NCBI GenBank assembly: GCA_965657355.1
Contig: CBFHOE010000002.1
Span: 224,001 to 288,000 of the forward strand
Length of the DNA: 64,000 bases
Direction: 5' to 3'
Source: Limisphaerales bacterium
GTDB lineage: Bacteria > Verrucomicrobiota > Verrucomicrobiia > Limisphaerales > JAJOIW01
In this document: piece by piece, positions 35,297-44,843 of the stretch
How positions within the stretch are numbered: position 1 is the first letter of the stretch
Layout of the letters: every line of letters begins with the position of its first letter
The notes under the pieces: generated by a model
Seen by the model: only the letters and a program-made list of their open reading frames with translations
Told to the model about the DNA's origin: nothing
Databases searched by the model: none
Made by a program: the position numbers and the translations under genes

Positions 35297-37015
35297 CTAC
35301 CGCCCACGACTTGATGAAGAAACCTGGCCTTCAATCTGATTAAGTGATTTGAAGGAAATTTTATGGTTTAATGGTAATGAGGCAATGATCCTTAAATACT
35401 TGTGCATCCAATTACGAGATAATCGGATGGCACAGACGGACCATACAGCCGCAAATATAGCCCATAAAAGAGGCATAAATTGCATTAAATCATTCCCGGG
35501 ATTGAGTCTAAAAATTGAAATCACAATCGCGCAAGATGTCACTGCCGCCCAAAAAAGCCATGTAGGCAGACAAACAATCCAAATAAAAGTTTTTATGAAT
35601 CCTTGACTATAATTTGTATTTGTTAGCCCGAGCCAGGCTCCGGCGTGCAGAATAGCCTCAAAGTCGAGAAACCAGAATACGATGATTCCAAAGAAAATAA
35701 TCCATAGGCTGGAGCCTTGAAGTTCATGATTCCCCAGAACAATGAGTAGATTGACAGCTTGCCAGATAGCGCATATTGAAATCGTTCCCTTTAGATCATG
35801 TAATCCGGCATGACGCATATCTGAAAAAATGTTTCCAAGCTTTACGGGAGTGGACATCAAAAATTCCAATGTACCTTCTTTTCTCTCTCTGTTGAACATG
35901 GAAACAACCACAGAGCTCCATTGGTATTTAAAAATCATCCCGCACAAGACCATTCCGAAAACCCCTGCCTCTGATTCGTCAAAGCCGCCAGTCGTGGCGA
36001 GAAAAGTCATATAAAGAGCGAATATAAGAGTAGTAAAAATTGTCGAGCCTATCTCAAATTTTTTATGGCTAAAAATATATCTCAGCGGGTGAATGTGAGT
36101 TAAAGGCACACCACCCCGAGTGCCCTTAATTTTGAGCTTTTTCTGGGGATTTGCATGCGATACTTTCTGGCCAGTCTCATTTTTTCTGACACGAGATTTT
36201 TTTATTAACGATCTATCGGCAACCGGGTTAGAGCCATAAATAGACCTCCATCGAGATGACAAATGCCGAACGGAAATTAACAAAAGGATTAGAGCTAAAG
36301 ATATTGTCGTTATTTGGCCGCCCCAAAAGAAGGATTGATTAAATACCCGCCCCCCGGGAAATATTCCACCAGCCCCCAGAGCACCCGCCTGAACGAATGC
36401 ATTCATCGCCCAGGCCCAGTTGGAATTACCCGAAGACGCCCACGAGACCAAAATGGGGACACCAAACTGGACTCCGAGGATCATGAGTAGCGAAGCGGCC
36501 TGAGTTGTGCGGGGTTTCTCAAAAAGCACAGAACAGAAAACACCAATAACCAAAGATAAAACAAGTTGGTTAATGGCAATGAGAAATAACAATAATATCA
36601 TCCGATCGCTGACTCCCCCGTATAAAAGGGACAGACTCATGACCGGAATCATTGAAATAATACTAAGAAAAGCTACAAAGGTCCCAGCTGAAATTTTTCC
36701 AAGAATGATATGAATGGTCTTTAAATCTGTAAGAAAAAGCAGTCCTAGTGTCCCCTCTCTTTTCTCGCTAGAAATGGTGTCGGTTGTTAATGCCAAACAG
36801 GAGAACACAGAAAAAACGAGCATAAAGAAAGTTTGAAACCCAATCATTACTGCACCTAAATTGCTTTTAGGGCTGCGATCATATTGATCGATAAGAGCAA
36901 CAAAAAGAGTTAGTGCGATACCTACAAAACCAATAGCAAACCTTGTGACTACCGTTTGCTTAGATCTCGCCAATGACCGCAACTCGCGCTCGATTATGGG
37001 CCAAAGCTTTTTCAT
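35297..37015 (-). CDS. ABC-2 type transporter permease (internally duplicated)
   Basis: 'PIIEREL', 'ISSEKREGTLGLLFLTDL...IILGK' and a second copy 'RERKEGTLEFLMSTP'; many TM helices. Confidence 0.88.
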   Translation of the reverse strand: MKKLWPIIERELRSLARSKQTVVTRFAIGFVGIALTLFVALIDQYDRSPKSNLGAVMIGFQTFFMLVFSVFSCLALTTDTISSEKREGTLGLLFLTDLKTIHIILGKISAGTFVAFLSIISMIPVMSLSLLYGGVSDRMILLLFLIAINQLVLSLVIGVFCSVLFEKPRTTQAASLLMILGVQFGVPILVSWASSGNSNWAWAMNAFVQAGALGAGGIFPGGRVFNQSFFWGGQITTISLALILLLISVRHLSSRWRSIYGSNPVADRSLIKKSRVRKNETGQKVSHANPQKKLKIKGTRGGVPLTHIHPLRYIFSHKKFEIGSTIFTTLIFALYMTFLATTGGFDESEAGVFGMVLCGMIFKYQWSSVVVSMFNRERKEGTLEFLMSTPVKLGNIFSDMRHAGLHDLKGTISICAIWQAVNLLIVLGNHELQGSSLWIIFFGIIVFWFLDFEAILHAGAWLGLTNTNYSQGFIKTFIWIVCLPTWLFWAAVTSCAIVISIFRLNPGNDLMQFMPLLWAIFAAVWSVCAIRLSRNWMHKYLRIIASLPLNHKISFKSLNQIEGQVSSSSRGR

Positions 37016-37072
37016 AGTTTTCTTGTTCCAAAAATAACTTTTAGTCTATCCATTTCACTGTGAGCTTGCAGC

Positions 37073-38029
37073 TCATTGCGTTTCCCCGCTGGTGTAGGAC
37101 ATAAATACATCCTCAAGGCTTAATTCCTCTTGATGAAAATCAGTAACGGGCACGCCACTTTGGATAAGAGATTTAAGAATGAGAGCAGGATCGGAATCAT
37201 CATTCAAAAGAGAGAATTGAACCCGCTGCTTTTCAATAATTGGATTACTTATCAAGGTCAACTCCTGAAAGAGAGAAAGATATTGTTTGGGATCATTGCC
37301 GCATTTAACCTTTATGATACGTTTGGTGGCAACCCCCTCACCTACCCCTTCGATGGCTCCTGAATATTTGAGAACGCCTTTCTCAATGATAGCAACCCGA
37401 TTACAAAGAGCTTGGAGTTCGCTCAGAATATGAGAGGAAATAATGATCGTCTTACCCATCCTTTGCAGTTCCTGGAGTATTTCCATCATCTCAACTCGGG
37501 CTCTCGGATCCAAGCCACTCGCGGGTTCATCGAGAAGTAGTAGCTCCGGGTCATGTATAAGGACACGAGCTAACCCAAGTCTTTGTTGCATCCCGCGACT
37601 CAATGCTCCAATAAGCTCATTTTTTTTGTCAGATAACCCGACAAGCTCAAGGACATCTTTTACGGTCTGCTCCCTTTCGCTAGATTTGATTTGGTAGCAG
37701 GCTCCGAAAAAATCAAGATATTCACAAACCACCATGTCCCTATAAACACCAAAGAAGTCGGGCATGTAGCCTATGGAATGACGGACGGCGTCCGGCTGTT
37801 TGAGGACGTCATACCCCAAGACCTTTGCATTTCCTGATGAGGGAATCAAAAATGTTGATAAGATTCTCAGTGTCGTTGTCTTACCGGCCCCGTTCGAGCC
37901 AATGAACCCAAAGAGATCACCTCTATTAACAATCAGGTCCAGATCATGAAGGGCAATAAGTGAACCATAGGTTCGAGTAAGCCCTGATGTCTCTACAGCT
38001 TTGGCAGCTGGGTCAATAGAATAGCTCAT
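37073..38029 (-). CDS. ABC transporter ATP-binding protein
   Basis: Walker A 'GSNGAGKTT', signature 'LSRGMQQR', Walker B 'LLLLDEP', 'SSH', 'SLEDVF'. Confidence 0.96.
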   Translation of the reverse strand: MSYSIDPAAKAVETSGLTRTYGSLIALHDLDLIVNRGDLFGFIGSNGAGKTTTLRILSTFLIPSSGNAKVLGYDVLKQPDAVRHSIGYMPDFFGVYRDMVVCEYLDFFGACYQIKSSEREQTVKDVLELVGLSDKKNELIGALSRGMQQRLGLARVLIHDPELLLLDEPASGLDPRARVEMMEILQELQRMGKTIIISSHILSELQALCNRVAIIEKGVLKYSGAIEGVGEGVATKRIIKVKCGNDPKQYLSLFQELTLISNPIIEKQRVQFSLLNDDSDPALILKSLIQSGVPVTDFHQEELSLEDVFMSYTSGETQ

Positions 38030-38050
38030 ATCTTTAATATCAGTATTAAA

Positions 38051-40288
38051 TTAGTTTGGCTGTGTCGGATCATTGATAACCCATCTATAGATGCCCTTCT
38101 CTTTCCGTATGGAGGGACCAACCCCCAATTTAATTGAAGTATTTTGATAATCATCAACAACTCCAACTAAAATTAACCTCTTTTTTGAATCTCCCAGAGG
38201 TAAGAGAAACGAGTCTGAATAATAGTTCGGTGCCTGAATGGAATTTCGACGAGCAGATGAGGCAATATTGGAAGTCTTAATGAATTCCCCCAAGCTGAAA
38301 GTAGAAACAGCAAGAAACCGATCGTTGGAAATCCCCCATTTCTCTGGGTCAACGACATCATCATTAGTCGTATAAGGGTTGATTGACCGATTCTTCCTAT
38401 AATCATTAATCAACGTCCGCCATAAATTCATGATCTTGTTGTAATGGTTAGTGAATCGACTATTTTTCAAACCAACAGGAATCTGAATGACGTCGGATAG
38501 TCCCCTTTCAACAGAAGCGAGATAACCATCTTTTATGAGATAAAATCGATTTACGGGAAAATCAGGTGGTACGGTCACGACAATTTGTGCCTCATTTGGA
38601 TTTGAATCATCCCATTTAACATCGACACCACTTGCAGGACTTTGGATTACCTCATAATCAAATCTAAACTTTTCACTGACCCAGACTGGCACGGAAAGCT
38701 CAGTTGAAACATTTCCGGAGGATGGGTTCAACTGGGTCAAGGGTTGTTGAGATGCGCCCTCCAGGGCAGTCACGGCGCCAGAGCGTGCATTTACAACAAC
38801 TGGATACTCTCTGTTTGACGGCGAATAAATCCCAGCATATGTCCGGCAAGTCACTTTACCCCCCGAATCTGGAGAGGGCATCTTAAATAAGTGAACGGCA
38901 CTCCATTCAGTCCGACCGGAGCGCACTGTATATCCCAAGAAATAAATCAATAATGAAAAAACGATGACGGCCGAGGGAAATGTTATCCATGTAAGCATAG
39001 GCCTATTTATCTTTCTGAGAAAAATCCAATCAGCTGGACCGATTATAATTAAATAAACAATTAGCATGGCCATCAGAAGGAAGACTGGGATTTTTTTTAT
39101 CTGCGAGGAATTTACAATCTGGTTAAATTGGTAATCCAAAAGTGAGTCCATATCCATATTCCAATCTCTCCCTTGGTTGAGCGCCGATTTCACTTTTTTT
39201 GCCCTAAAATCCAGAGCGTAATTTGCGACCAACTGTGTATTGAATTCAACGACCCAAACCCAGGGAAGGCCATCCCAATTAGTGATTTCAGAATTCTTCA
39301 AGTCAAAAGGAAAAACAGAAACAGAACCCAGCCCTTTGTTCAACCTGTGGACGATTGGAATCTGATTAGCCTCATCCAAAAAAGATCTATGGGGTGTTGA
39401 AAATTCCAGCCCGATGACCGGGACGGAAGCATCAACCTCTCCTAGATTCGGTAAATAAGAATTAATAGTTTGGTTTTTACCAAGTTCATTTTTATAAAAT
39501 TGACAAAACCTTTTTAAATCGAGGGTAGAGGGTCGCTTGCCAGGTTGAACTCCCAACCAATTCTTAACCATATTGACCTGTGTCAATTCTCCCGCTTGGG
39601 AAACAGAGAGCGCAAGATTACCTCCGTTTTCAACCCAGGTAATCAAAGCAGATATCTGAGCTTCAGTGAAACCCGTCAAAACATCCGCATTAATAAAAAC
39701 CCCAAAGACTCCAGATATAAGAGAGACCTGGTCGGGAAATTCCTCCGGACGGAGCGAGACCATACTTCCATAATGGTTTGAAAACTTGAAATTATTAATA
39801 TTCAATTTTGCCGGGTCGGGGGCCAGTTGGTCTGGAATTTTCAGCCCTCGAATAGGGCTGTCTGTCACAGAAAGGAATAATCCGGCGGGCCTTTGGTGGA
39901 CTCTTAATGAATAATTCTCTCTAATCTCCGTTTTTTCCCCTCCGCTGTATTTGAGCTCAGCTACCAATGAATTCAGTGCGTTATTTAATGGCACGATCAA
40001 AGGAAAAGCGATTCTCTTGCGAGTGCCAGCGGCAACCTCAACGGGAACTTTCATCATCGGGCGGCTATTCTTAGTTCTCCTGATAAAGATGTCTCCATTG
40101 ATAGGAGCATCATCACTGTAGATCTCAAAAGCCAATGGGACAGCCGATCCCTTTACAATGTTTTCCCTAAATCCCGGAAAAAAGTCGAATTGGATTTCGC
40201 CTTGTAATTTTCCCAAAGTGAGAAAAACCAGAAACACCATCAACAATCGATTTGGCAGCCTAGGATACAATGATTGTTTTTTTAACAT
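38051..40288 (-). CDS. Large membrane-anchored accessory protein of the ABC system (periplasmic domains, 2 central TM helices)
   Basis: Signal peptide; 'QISALITWVENGGNL' GATase-like segment; 'LIVYLIIIGPADWIFLRKINRPMLTWITFP' TM hairpin; directly upstream of the ATPase. Confidence 0.7.
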   Translation of the reverse strand: MLKKQSLYPRLPNRLLMVFLVFLTLGKLQGEIQFDFFPGFRENIVKGSAVPLAFEIYSDDAPINGDIFIRRTKNSRPMMKVPVEVAAGTRKRIAFPLIVPLNNALNSLVAELKYSGGEKTEIRENYSLRVHQRPAGLFLSVTDSPIRGLKIPDQLAPDPAKLNINNFKFSNHYGSMVSLRPEEFPDQVSLISGVFGVFINADVLTGFTEAQISALITWVENGGNLALSVSQAGELTQVNMVKNWLGVQPGKRPSTLDLKRFCQFYKNELGKNQTINSYLPNLGEVDASVPVIGLEFSTPHRSFLDEANQIPIVHRLNKGLGSVSVFPFDLKNSEITNWDGLPWVWVVEFNTQLVANYALDFRAKKVKSALNQGRDWNMDMDSLLDYQFNQIVNSSQIKKIPVFLLMAMLIVYLIIIGPADWIFLRKINRPMLTWITFPSAVIVFSLLIYFLGYTVRSGRTEWSAVHLFKMPSPDSGGKVTCRTYAGIYSPSNREYPVVVNARSGAVTALEGASQQPLTQLNPSSGNVSTELSVPVWVSEKFRFDYEVIQSPASGVDVKWDDSNPNEAQIVVTVPPDFPVNRFYLIKDGYLASVERGLSDVIQIPVGLKNSRFTNHYNKIMNLWRTLINDYRKNRSINPYTTNDDVVDPEKWGISNDRFLAVSTFSLGEFIKTSNIASSARRNSIQAPNYYSDSFLLPLGDSKKRLILVGVVDDYQNTSIKLGVGPSIRKEKGIYRWVINDPTQPN

Positions 40289-40424
40289 GGAAATTCGTCA
40301 CAAAACAGTTTTCTGATGTCTTAGCAATATTCAATTCTTTTGTAATCAATAAAATCATTAAATCATCAAATCATCATTTGAAATTCTAAGGTTTTCTTGT
40401 TTAATGCTTAGGCGATAAATCGAA

Positions 40425-41741
40425 ATGGCTGACGAAAATAAGACAAAGAGCGTAATATCTATTCTTCAGGATTTTTCAATCCCATTGATATTCGGAGTAT
40501 TTTTGGCCCTCATAGTAGCCAATTACGACCAGCATTTATATCACACACTTACGCATACACCTCTTCATCAGCTGCCTGATGCACTAAGCCATTTAGATGA
40601 AACCCACCAGGACTCTCACCACAAGGAGAATGAGGCGCATGGAAGCCATGAAAGTTCTCCCGATGGAAAAGACACTTCACACAAGTCACACGGCGGTTTA
40701 GACCACTATTTAACACTACATTTTTTAGTGAATGATCTTTTCATGGTCATATTTTTTGGCATTGCAGCGAAAGAAATCACAGAATCCCTTCTCCCCGGTG
40801 GAGCCCTTAACCCACTTAATAAAGCAATTAACCCACTACTCGGTACGTTGGGAGGAGTATTGGGCCCAGTTGGGTTTTTCTTTTTGTTTAATGGCCTTAT
40901 GGGAAAGCAAGAGTGGTCCAATGGCTGGGGAATTCCGACTGCCACTGACATTGCTTTAGCCTGGTTGGTTGCCAGGATTGTTTTTGGCAAAGGCCATCCG
41001 GCCATAAGTTTTCTTCTTCTTTTGGCGGTTGCAGATGATGGAATTGGATTAGGCATAATTGCTTTGGCATACCCAGATCCGCACAACCCAGTTGTGTGGG
41101 CCAATACTTTGTGGATATTACCTGGGATGTTAGCGGCCTACATCCTTCGCAGGATGAATGTCCAAAGCTGGATTCCCTATATTTTGTTCGGGGGGATTGC
41201 GAGTTGGTATGGTCTTTATTCTGCTCACCTTCACCCAGCTCTTGCTCTAGTATTTATCGTGCCGTTTTTACCTGGCCCCAAAAAAGATTTCGGTCTTTAT
41301 CGAGAAGAAAAAGATTATGATGCAGCTTCACATGCACAACACAGCCCACTTGAAAATTTTGAACATAATTTAAAATTATTTGTCGATTTTGGACTATTTT
41401 TCTTTTCGTTCGCAAATGCTGGTGTTCCATTCTCAGGTATTAATAATCTCACGTGGGTAGTGCTATTAGCACTATTTGTCGGAAAAACGGTTGGCATAAC
41501 GGCTTTTTCCTGGATCGGCCACCTATTGGGCTTCCCGTTGCCTCAAGGGATGTCCTTCAAGCACCTCGTCGGCGCTGGTATAATCGCTGGCATTGGTCTG
41601 ACCGTGGCTTTATTTGTGGCTGGCCAAGCTTATACTGATCTGGTTTCACAGGGAGCAGCAAAAATGGGGGCCTTGTTCAGCGGGTTCATATTTATAGTCG
41701 CCTACGCGTTTGGGAAAGCAGCACATTTGAGGGAAAAGTAA
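40425..41741 (+). CDS. nhaA: Na+/H+ antiporter NhaA with His-rich insertion
   Basis: 'VNDLFM.IFF', 'GWGIPTATDIA', 'LAVADD', 'FANAGV', 'GKTVGI', 'AGIGLTVALFV'. Confidence 0.93.
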   Translation: MADENKTKSVISILQDFSIPLIFGVFLALIVANYDQHLYHTLTHTPLHQLPDALSHLDETHQDSHHKENEAHGSHESSPDGKDTSHKSHGGLDHYLTLHFLVNDLFMVIFFGIAAKEITESLLPGGALNPLNKAINPLLGTLGGVLGPVGFFFLFNGLMGKQEWSNGWGIPTATDIALAWLVARIVFGKGHPAISFLLLLAVADDGIGLGIIALAYPDPHNPVVWANTLWILPGMLAAYILRRMNVQSWIPYILFGGIASWYGLYSAHLHPALALVFIVPFLPGPKKDFGLYREEKDYDAASHAQHSPLENFEHNLKLFVDFGLFFFSFANAGVPFSGINNLTWVVLLALFVGKTVGITAFSWIGHLLGFPLPQGMSFKHLVGAGIIAGIGLTVALFVAGQAYTDLVSQGAAKMGALFSGFIFIVAYAFGKAAHLREK

Positions 41742-41799
41742 GCTAACTAACTGGATATATAAGCTGAGTATTTACTTATTATTGGTAATATTTTTTTAA

Positions 41800-41988
41800 G
41801 TGTTTGGAAAATACAAAAAAAGGTGTCCACGTTGCGGGTCGATACACGTCATCGTCTGGCCATTCAACCCATTAAATATAATTCTAGTGCCCATAAATTT
41901 TCTGCTTGGATTCTTTAATTTAGGGACACTTTTTTTTATGTCATGCTCAGATTGCGGGTTTCGGTTTACACAGAAACGCATGAGGTGA
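41800..41988 (+). CDS. 62-aa Zn-ribbon microprotein, CxxC-hydrophobic-CxxC (LITAF-like architecture)
   Basis: 'CPRCGS' and 'CSDCG' flank a ~30-aa uncharged hydrophobic stretch; TGgTAATAT extended -10 element ends 8 nt before the GTG. Confidence 0.65.
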   Translation: MFGKYKKRCPRCGSIHVIVWPFNPLNIILVPINFLLGFFNLGTLFFMSCSDCGFRFTQKRMR

Positions 41989-42017
41989 TTTCTCCTCTTA
42001 TTGGTTACGTGTAATCT

Positions 42018-43076
42018 TTATTTCTCAAGTTGGTCTATCGCCCACGCGGCATGTTCCGAGATGAGTGAATCCTCATCCAGTTTGGCTTTCATAAGATCTG
42101 GGATATGGGATTTATCTCCTGAATTTCCCATTGCCACGCACACATTACGTAAAAAACGAGATCGCTTTGTCCTAAAGAGAGGTGTTCCTCGTGTTTTTTT
42201 CCTGAAAGCTTGATCACTTAGTGATAGCCATTCTGACAAAGTTGAGTTTTTAAAATCTTCCCTGGAAAACTTTTGCAGCTCGGATGCCTGCTTAGCAAAT
42301 TTGTTCCATGGGCAGACACTGAGACAATCGTCACAACCGAAAACACGTTGTCCGATTTTCGGCCTTAAATCGAGAGGGATCGAACCTTTATGTTCGATAG
42401 TCAGATAACTTATGCATTTCCTTGAATCGAGAACAAATGGCTTGGGCAAGGCACCGGTGGGACAGGCATTTAGACAGGCCTCACATTTCCCGCACCGATT
42501 TTTTTCCGCTTCATCCGGGTGCATTTCAGCTTGTGTGAGAATCTCAGCAATAAAAAACCAGTTACCAAAATTTCTAGATATGAGATTGGTGTGCTTTCCA
42601 GCAAATCCTATTCCGGCTCTTTGAGCAAAACATCTCTCGAGGATTGGTCCTGTATCGACATACCAAAGAGATCGCGACTCCACTCCGGTTAATTGATCCA
42701 CAAATTGACTAAGAGATTTCAATCTATCCCCAATAAAGTCATGATAATCTGATGCTTGTGCATAACGGGCTATCACAGCCGCATTAGAAGCCGTTACATT
42801 TTTTCCCTTTGGATAACCAGTTTCATTGGAGTAATTTAGAGCAAGAACAATGGCGCTTTTGGCTTCCGGTAGAATCTTTTGAGGCATCAATCTTTTTTCG
42901 GCTCCCTTCTCTATCCATTTCATTTCACCATGCATTCCTTGGTCTAGCCAAATCCCGAATGCTTCTTTGTGTATTTCCTCCGGAGGAGCAGCTGATGTAA
43001 TTCGACAATCAGAAAACCCCAGACTTAATGCCTCGTCCTTTATCTGGTCTTTTATTGAGGGGAAATCCACTATCAT
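42018..43076 (-). CDS. queG: Epoxyqueuosine reductase
   Basis: 'IARYA...DYH', 'VDTGPILER..A.RAGIG..GK', 'CGKCEACLNACPTGA', 'CISYLTIE', 'FGCDDC..VCPWN'. Confidence 0.96.
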   Translation of the reverse strand: MIVDFPSIKDQIKDEALSLGFSDCRITSAAPPEEIHKEAFGIWLDQGMHGEMKWIEKGAEKRLMPQKILPEAKSAIVLALNYSNETGYPKGKNVTASNAAVIARYAQASDYHDFIGDRLKSLSQFVDQLTGVESRSLWYVDTGPILERCFAQRAGIGFAGKHTNLISRNFGNWFFIAEILTQAEMHPDEAEKNRCGKCEACLNACPTGALPKPFVLDSRKCISYLTIEHKGSIPLDLRPKIGQRVFGCDDCLSVCPWNKFAKQASELQKFSREDFKNSTLSEWLSLSDQAFRKKTRGTPLFRTKRSRFLRNVCVAMGNSGDKSHIPDLMKAKLDEDSLISEHAAWAIDQLEK

Positions 43077-43131
43077 TGAAACATGCTATATAATGTTACC
43101 TACAGCTATTATTACAAATCAGACTTAGGTG

Positions 43132-43914
43132 TCACTCCGTTGACTCATAAATAAGCGATTTTAAATTATCAAGATTTTTGCTTACCACCATATTGAGATC
43201 AGCTGCAAGGACTTTTCTATTTTTTCCAGAATAAACTGATTCATTTATATATATGTGGCAGTCGATTCGCGGCAGTAAAATCATTTGCTTAAAATGGTCA
43301 ACAAATTCCATATCCCCCCAGTAGCAAACTCGCTCCGAAGCACTGCCTTCACATTTTTTTGGTATGGTAAATTTGATGGCAAGTGTTTGAATAACCCATT
43401 CATTTTTGGCAGCTAAATGAAATAAAGAGGAATGAAATGGAAGAACAGAACTTCCTCCTGAACTCGTACCTTCAGGAAAAAATATAACACGACTCCGCGA
43501 TTCCAAAACCTGATTAAATGAATTAAGAACCTTTGGTATATCTGACTTCTTCTCTCGGTTTAAAAAAAGAGTACCCGCGCAGTCTGCGAGCCAACCCACT
43601 AAAGGCCATTCTTCCACATCAGATTTACTCACGAAATTCATGGGACACAATTTCAGGAATGAAATAATATCTAAGTAACCCAAGTGGTTTGAGACCAACA
43701 ATTGGGCGTCGGGATTGATATTACCTCCATAGTTATGAACACGTATACCAAAATTCCACCTCAATACAGCGGCCCACAATGTAGCCCATTGGTATTTTTC
43801 TCTTGGGTTAAGTTTTCTTAATTTAAGAAAACTTCGAAAACGAGAATCCAATGGACCTATGATTCCGACAAAAACAAAAACGAGGAATTTGAAAATAGCA
43901 TGAAATTTCCTCAT
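43132..43914 (-). CDS. Lysophospholipid/lyso-ornithine-lipid O-acyltransferase (OlsA/PlsC family)
   Basis: 'SNHLGYLD' (HX4D), 'FVSKSDV..WP..GW', 'FFPEGT', 'PFHSSLF', 'YWGDM'; lies downstream of the OlsB-like gene. Confidence 0.85.
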   Translation of the reverse strand: MRKFHAIFKFLVFVFVGIIGPLDSRFRSFLKLRKLNPREKYQWATLWAAVLRWNFGIRVHNYGGNINPDAQLLVSNHLGYLDIISFLKLCPMNFVSKSDVEEWPLVGWLADCAGTLFLNREKKSDIPKVLNSFNQVLESRSRVIFFPEGTSSGGSSVLPFHSSLFHLAAKNEWVIQTLAIKFTIPKKCEGSASERVCYWGDMEFVDHFKQMILLPRIDCHIYINESVYSGKNRKVLAADLNMVVSKNLDNLKSLIYESTE

Positions 43915-43940
43915 GATGAAAAATTTGGTAGCAGGTCCGG

Positions 43941-44735
43941 CTAAACGTTTAAACCCAATCTTTTTGCAACTTCTTGATTAAGTTGGTTGAGATCCAGAAA
44001 GGTGAGCAGATCAATGGTTTTAAATTCACGATCAATGGCTGGAGGTCCACAAATTTTAGCCCCGACAGCCATATAAGCAGATAAAAGCTTTGGAACTTTT
44101 ACTTTGAGCTTTTCCTTACTTTCATCAGGGTTGCATACGAAAACTCCCTGGGGATTGGTTTGAAATTGTTTTTCGACCAAGTGTTCATTTTGAAGCATGT
44201 TGAAGAGTTCAATGCCCTCGTTGGGATTTTGTGAAGATAAAGAACTGCAACCAATGAGGTAGCGAGCACCATTGTTCCGCGCATACTCTACTATTCCTCG
44301 CCATAGCATTCCCAGAACAACTAAGTTTCTATGCTCTTTTCTTACGCAGGCTCGGCCAAGTTCTATCAATTCTGGAACAATGGGAGAGTATACTGAGAAA
44401 TCAAATTCCTGCTGGCTATAAAAGCCATAGTTTTTAAGTGCTGAATTTCCAGTTTGCAACCTGTACGTTCCAACAATGTCACCAGATAATTTATCTTCAA
44501 CTAATAGGTGATCGCATACTTCATCGAATTTATCAGAGTCCAGAAAAGTCTCATACGAATGTTCCAACCCTTCATTCATTTCCAGATTGAAAACCACAAA
44601 TCGGAGATTTTGAGCCGCCTTTATCTCTTTTTCAGAAGTGGCTAGCCGCACCGTGTATTTTGCTTTCCCACGCATTAGTGAGAGGATTCGGTCTCCTTTG
44701 GATCTCGTTCTATGCTGGTCAGTTGATATTTTCAT
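43941..44735 (-). CDS. GNAT N-acyltransferase, OlsB-like (ornithine/amino-lipid synthesis)
   Basis: 'VRLA...AQ.LRF.VF..E', 'D.DKFD..CDHLLV', 'VGTYRL', 'FYS..EFD', 'ELGRACV..EHR', 'LIGCSS', 'P.LL..Y...GAKICGPPAID.EF'. Confidence 0.85.
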   Translation of the reverse strand: MKISTDQHRTRSKGDRILSLMRGKAKYTVRLATSEKEIKAAQNLRFVVFNLEMNEGLEHSYETFLDSDKFDEVCDHLLVEDKLSGDIVGTYRLQTGNSALKNYGFYSQQEFDFSVYSPIVPELIELGRACVRKEHRNLVVLGMLWRGIVEYARNNGARYLIGCSSLSSQNPNEGIELFNMLQNEHLVEKQFQTNPQGVFVCNPDESKEKLKVKVPKLLSAYMAVGAKICGPPAIDREFKTIDLLTFLDLNQLNQEVAKRLGLNV

Positions 44736-44843
44736 TAGATAATGACCCCGGGTTTTAGCCGAAAGACGCAGAATGGCAACTGGTCAAAACGCCGAGGAAT
44801 CGTGACAGTAAACACTCTAGGCGGACATTTGAGAATCAAAATT

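Noticed and set aside
44791..44819. Pho box upstream of the olsB-like gene
   Set aside because: One half-site (ctgtcac, 44808-44802) is present, but there is no second half-site at 11-nt spacing.
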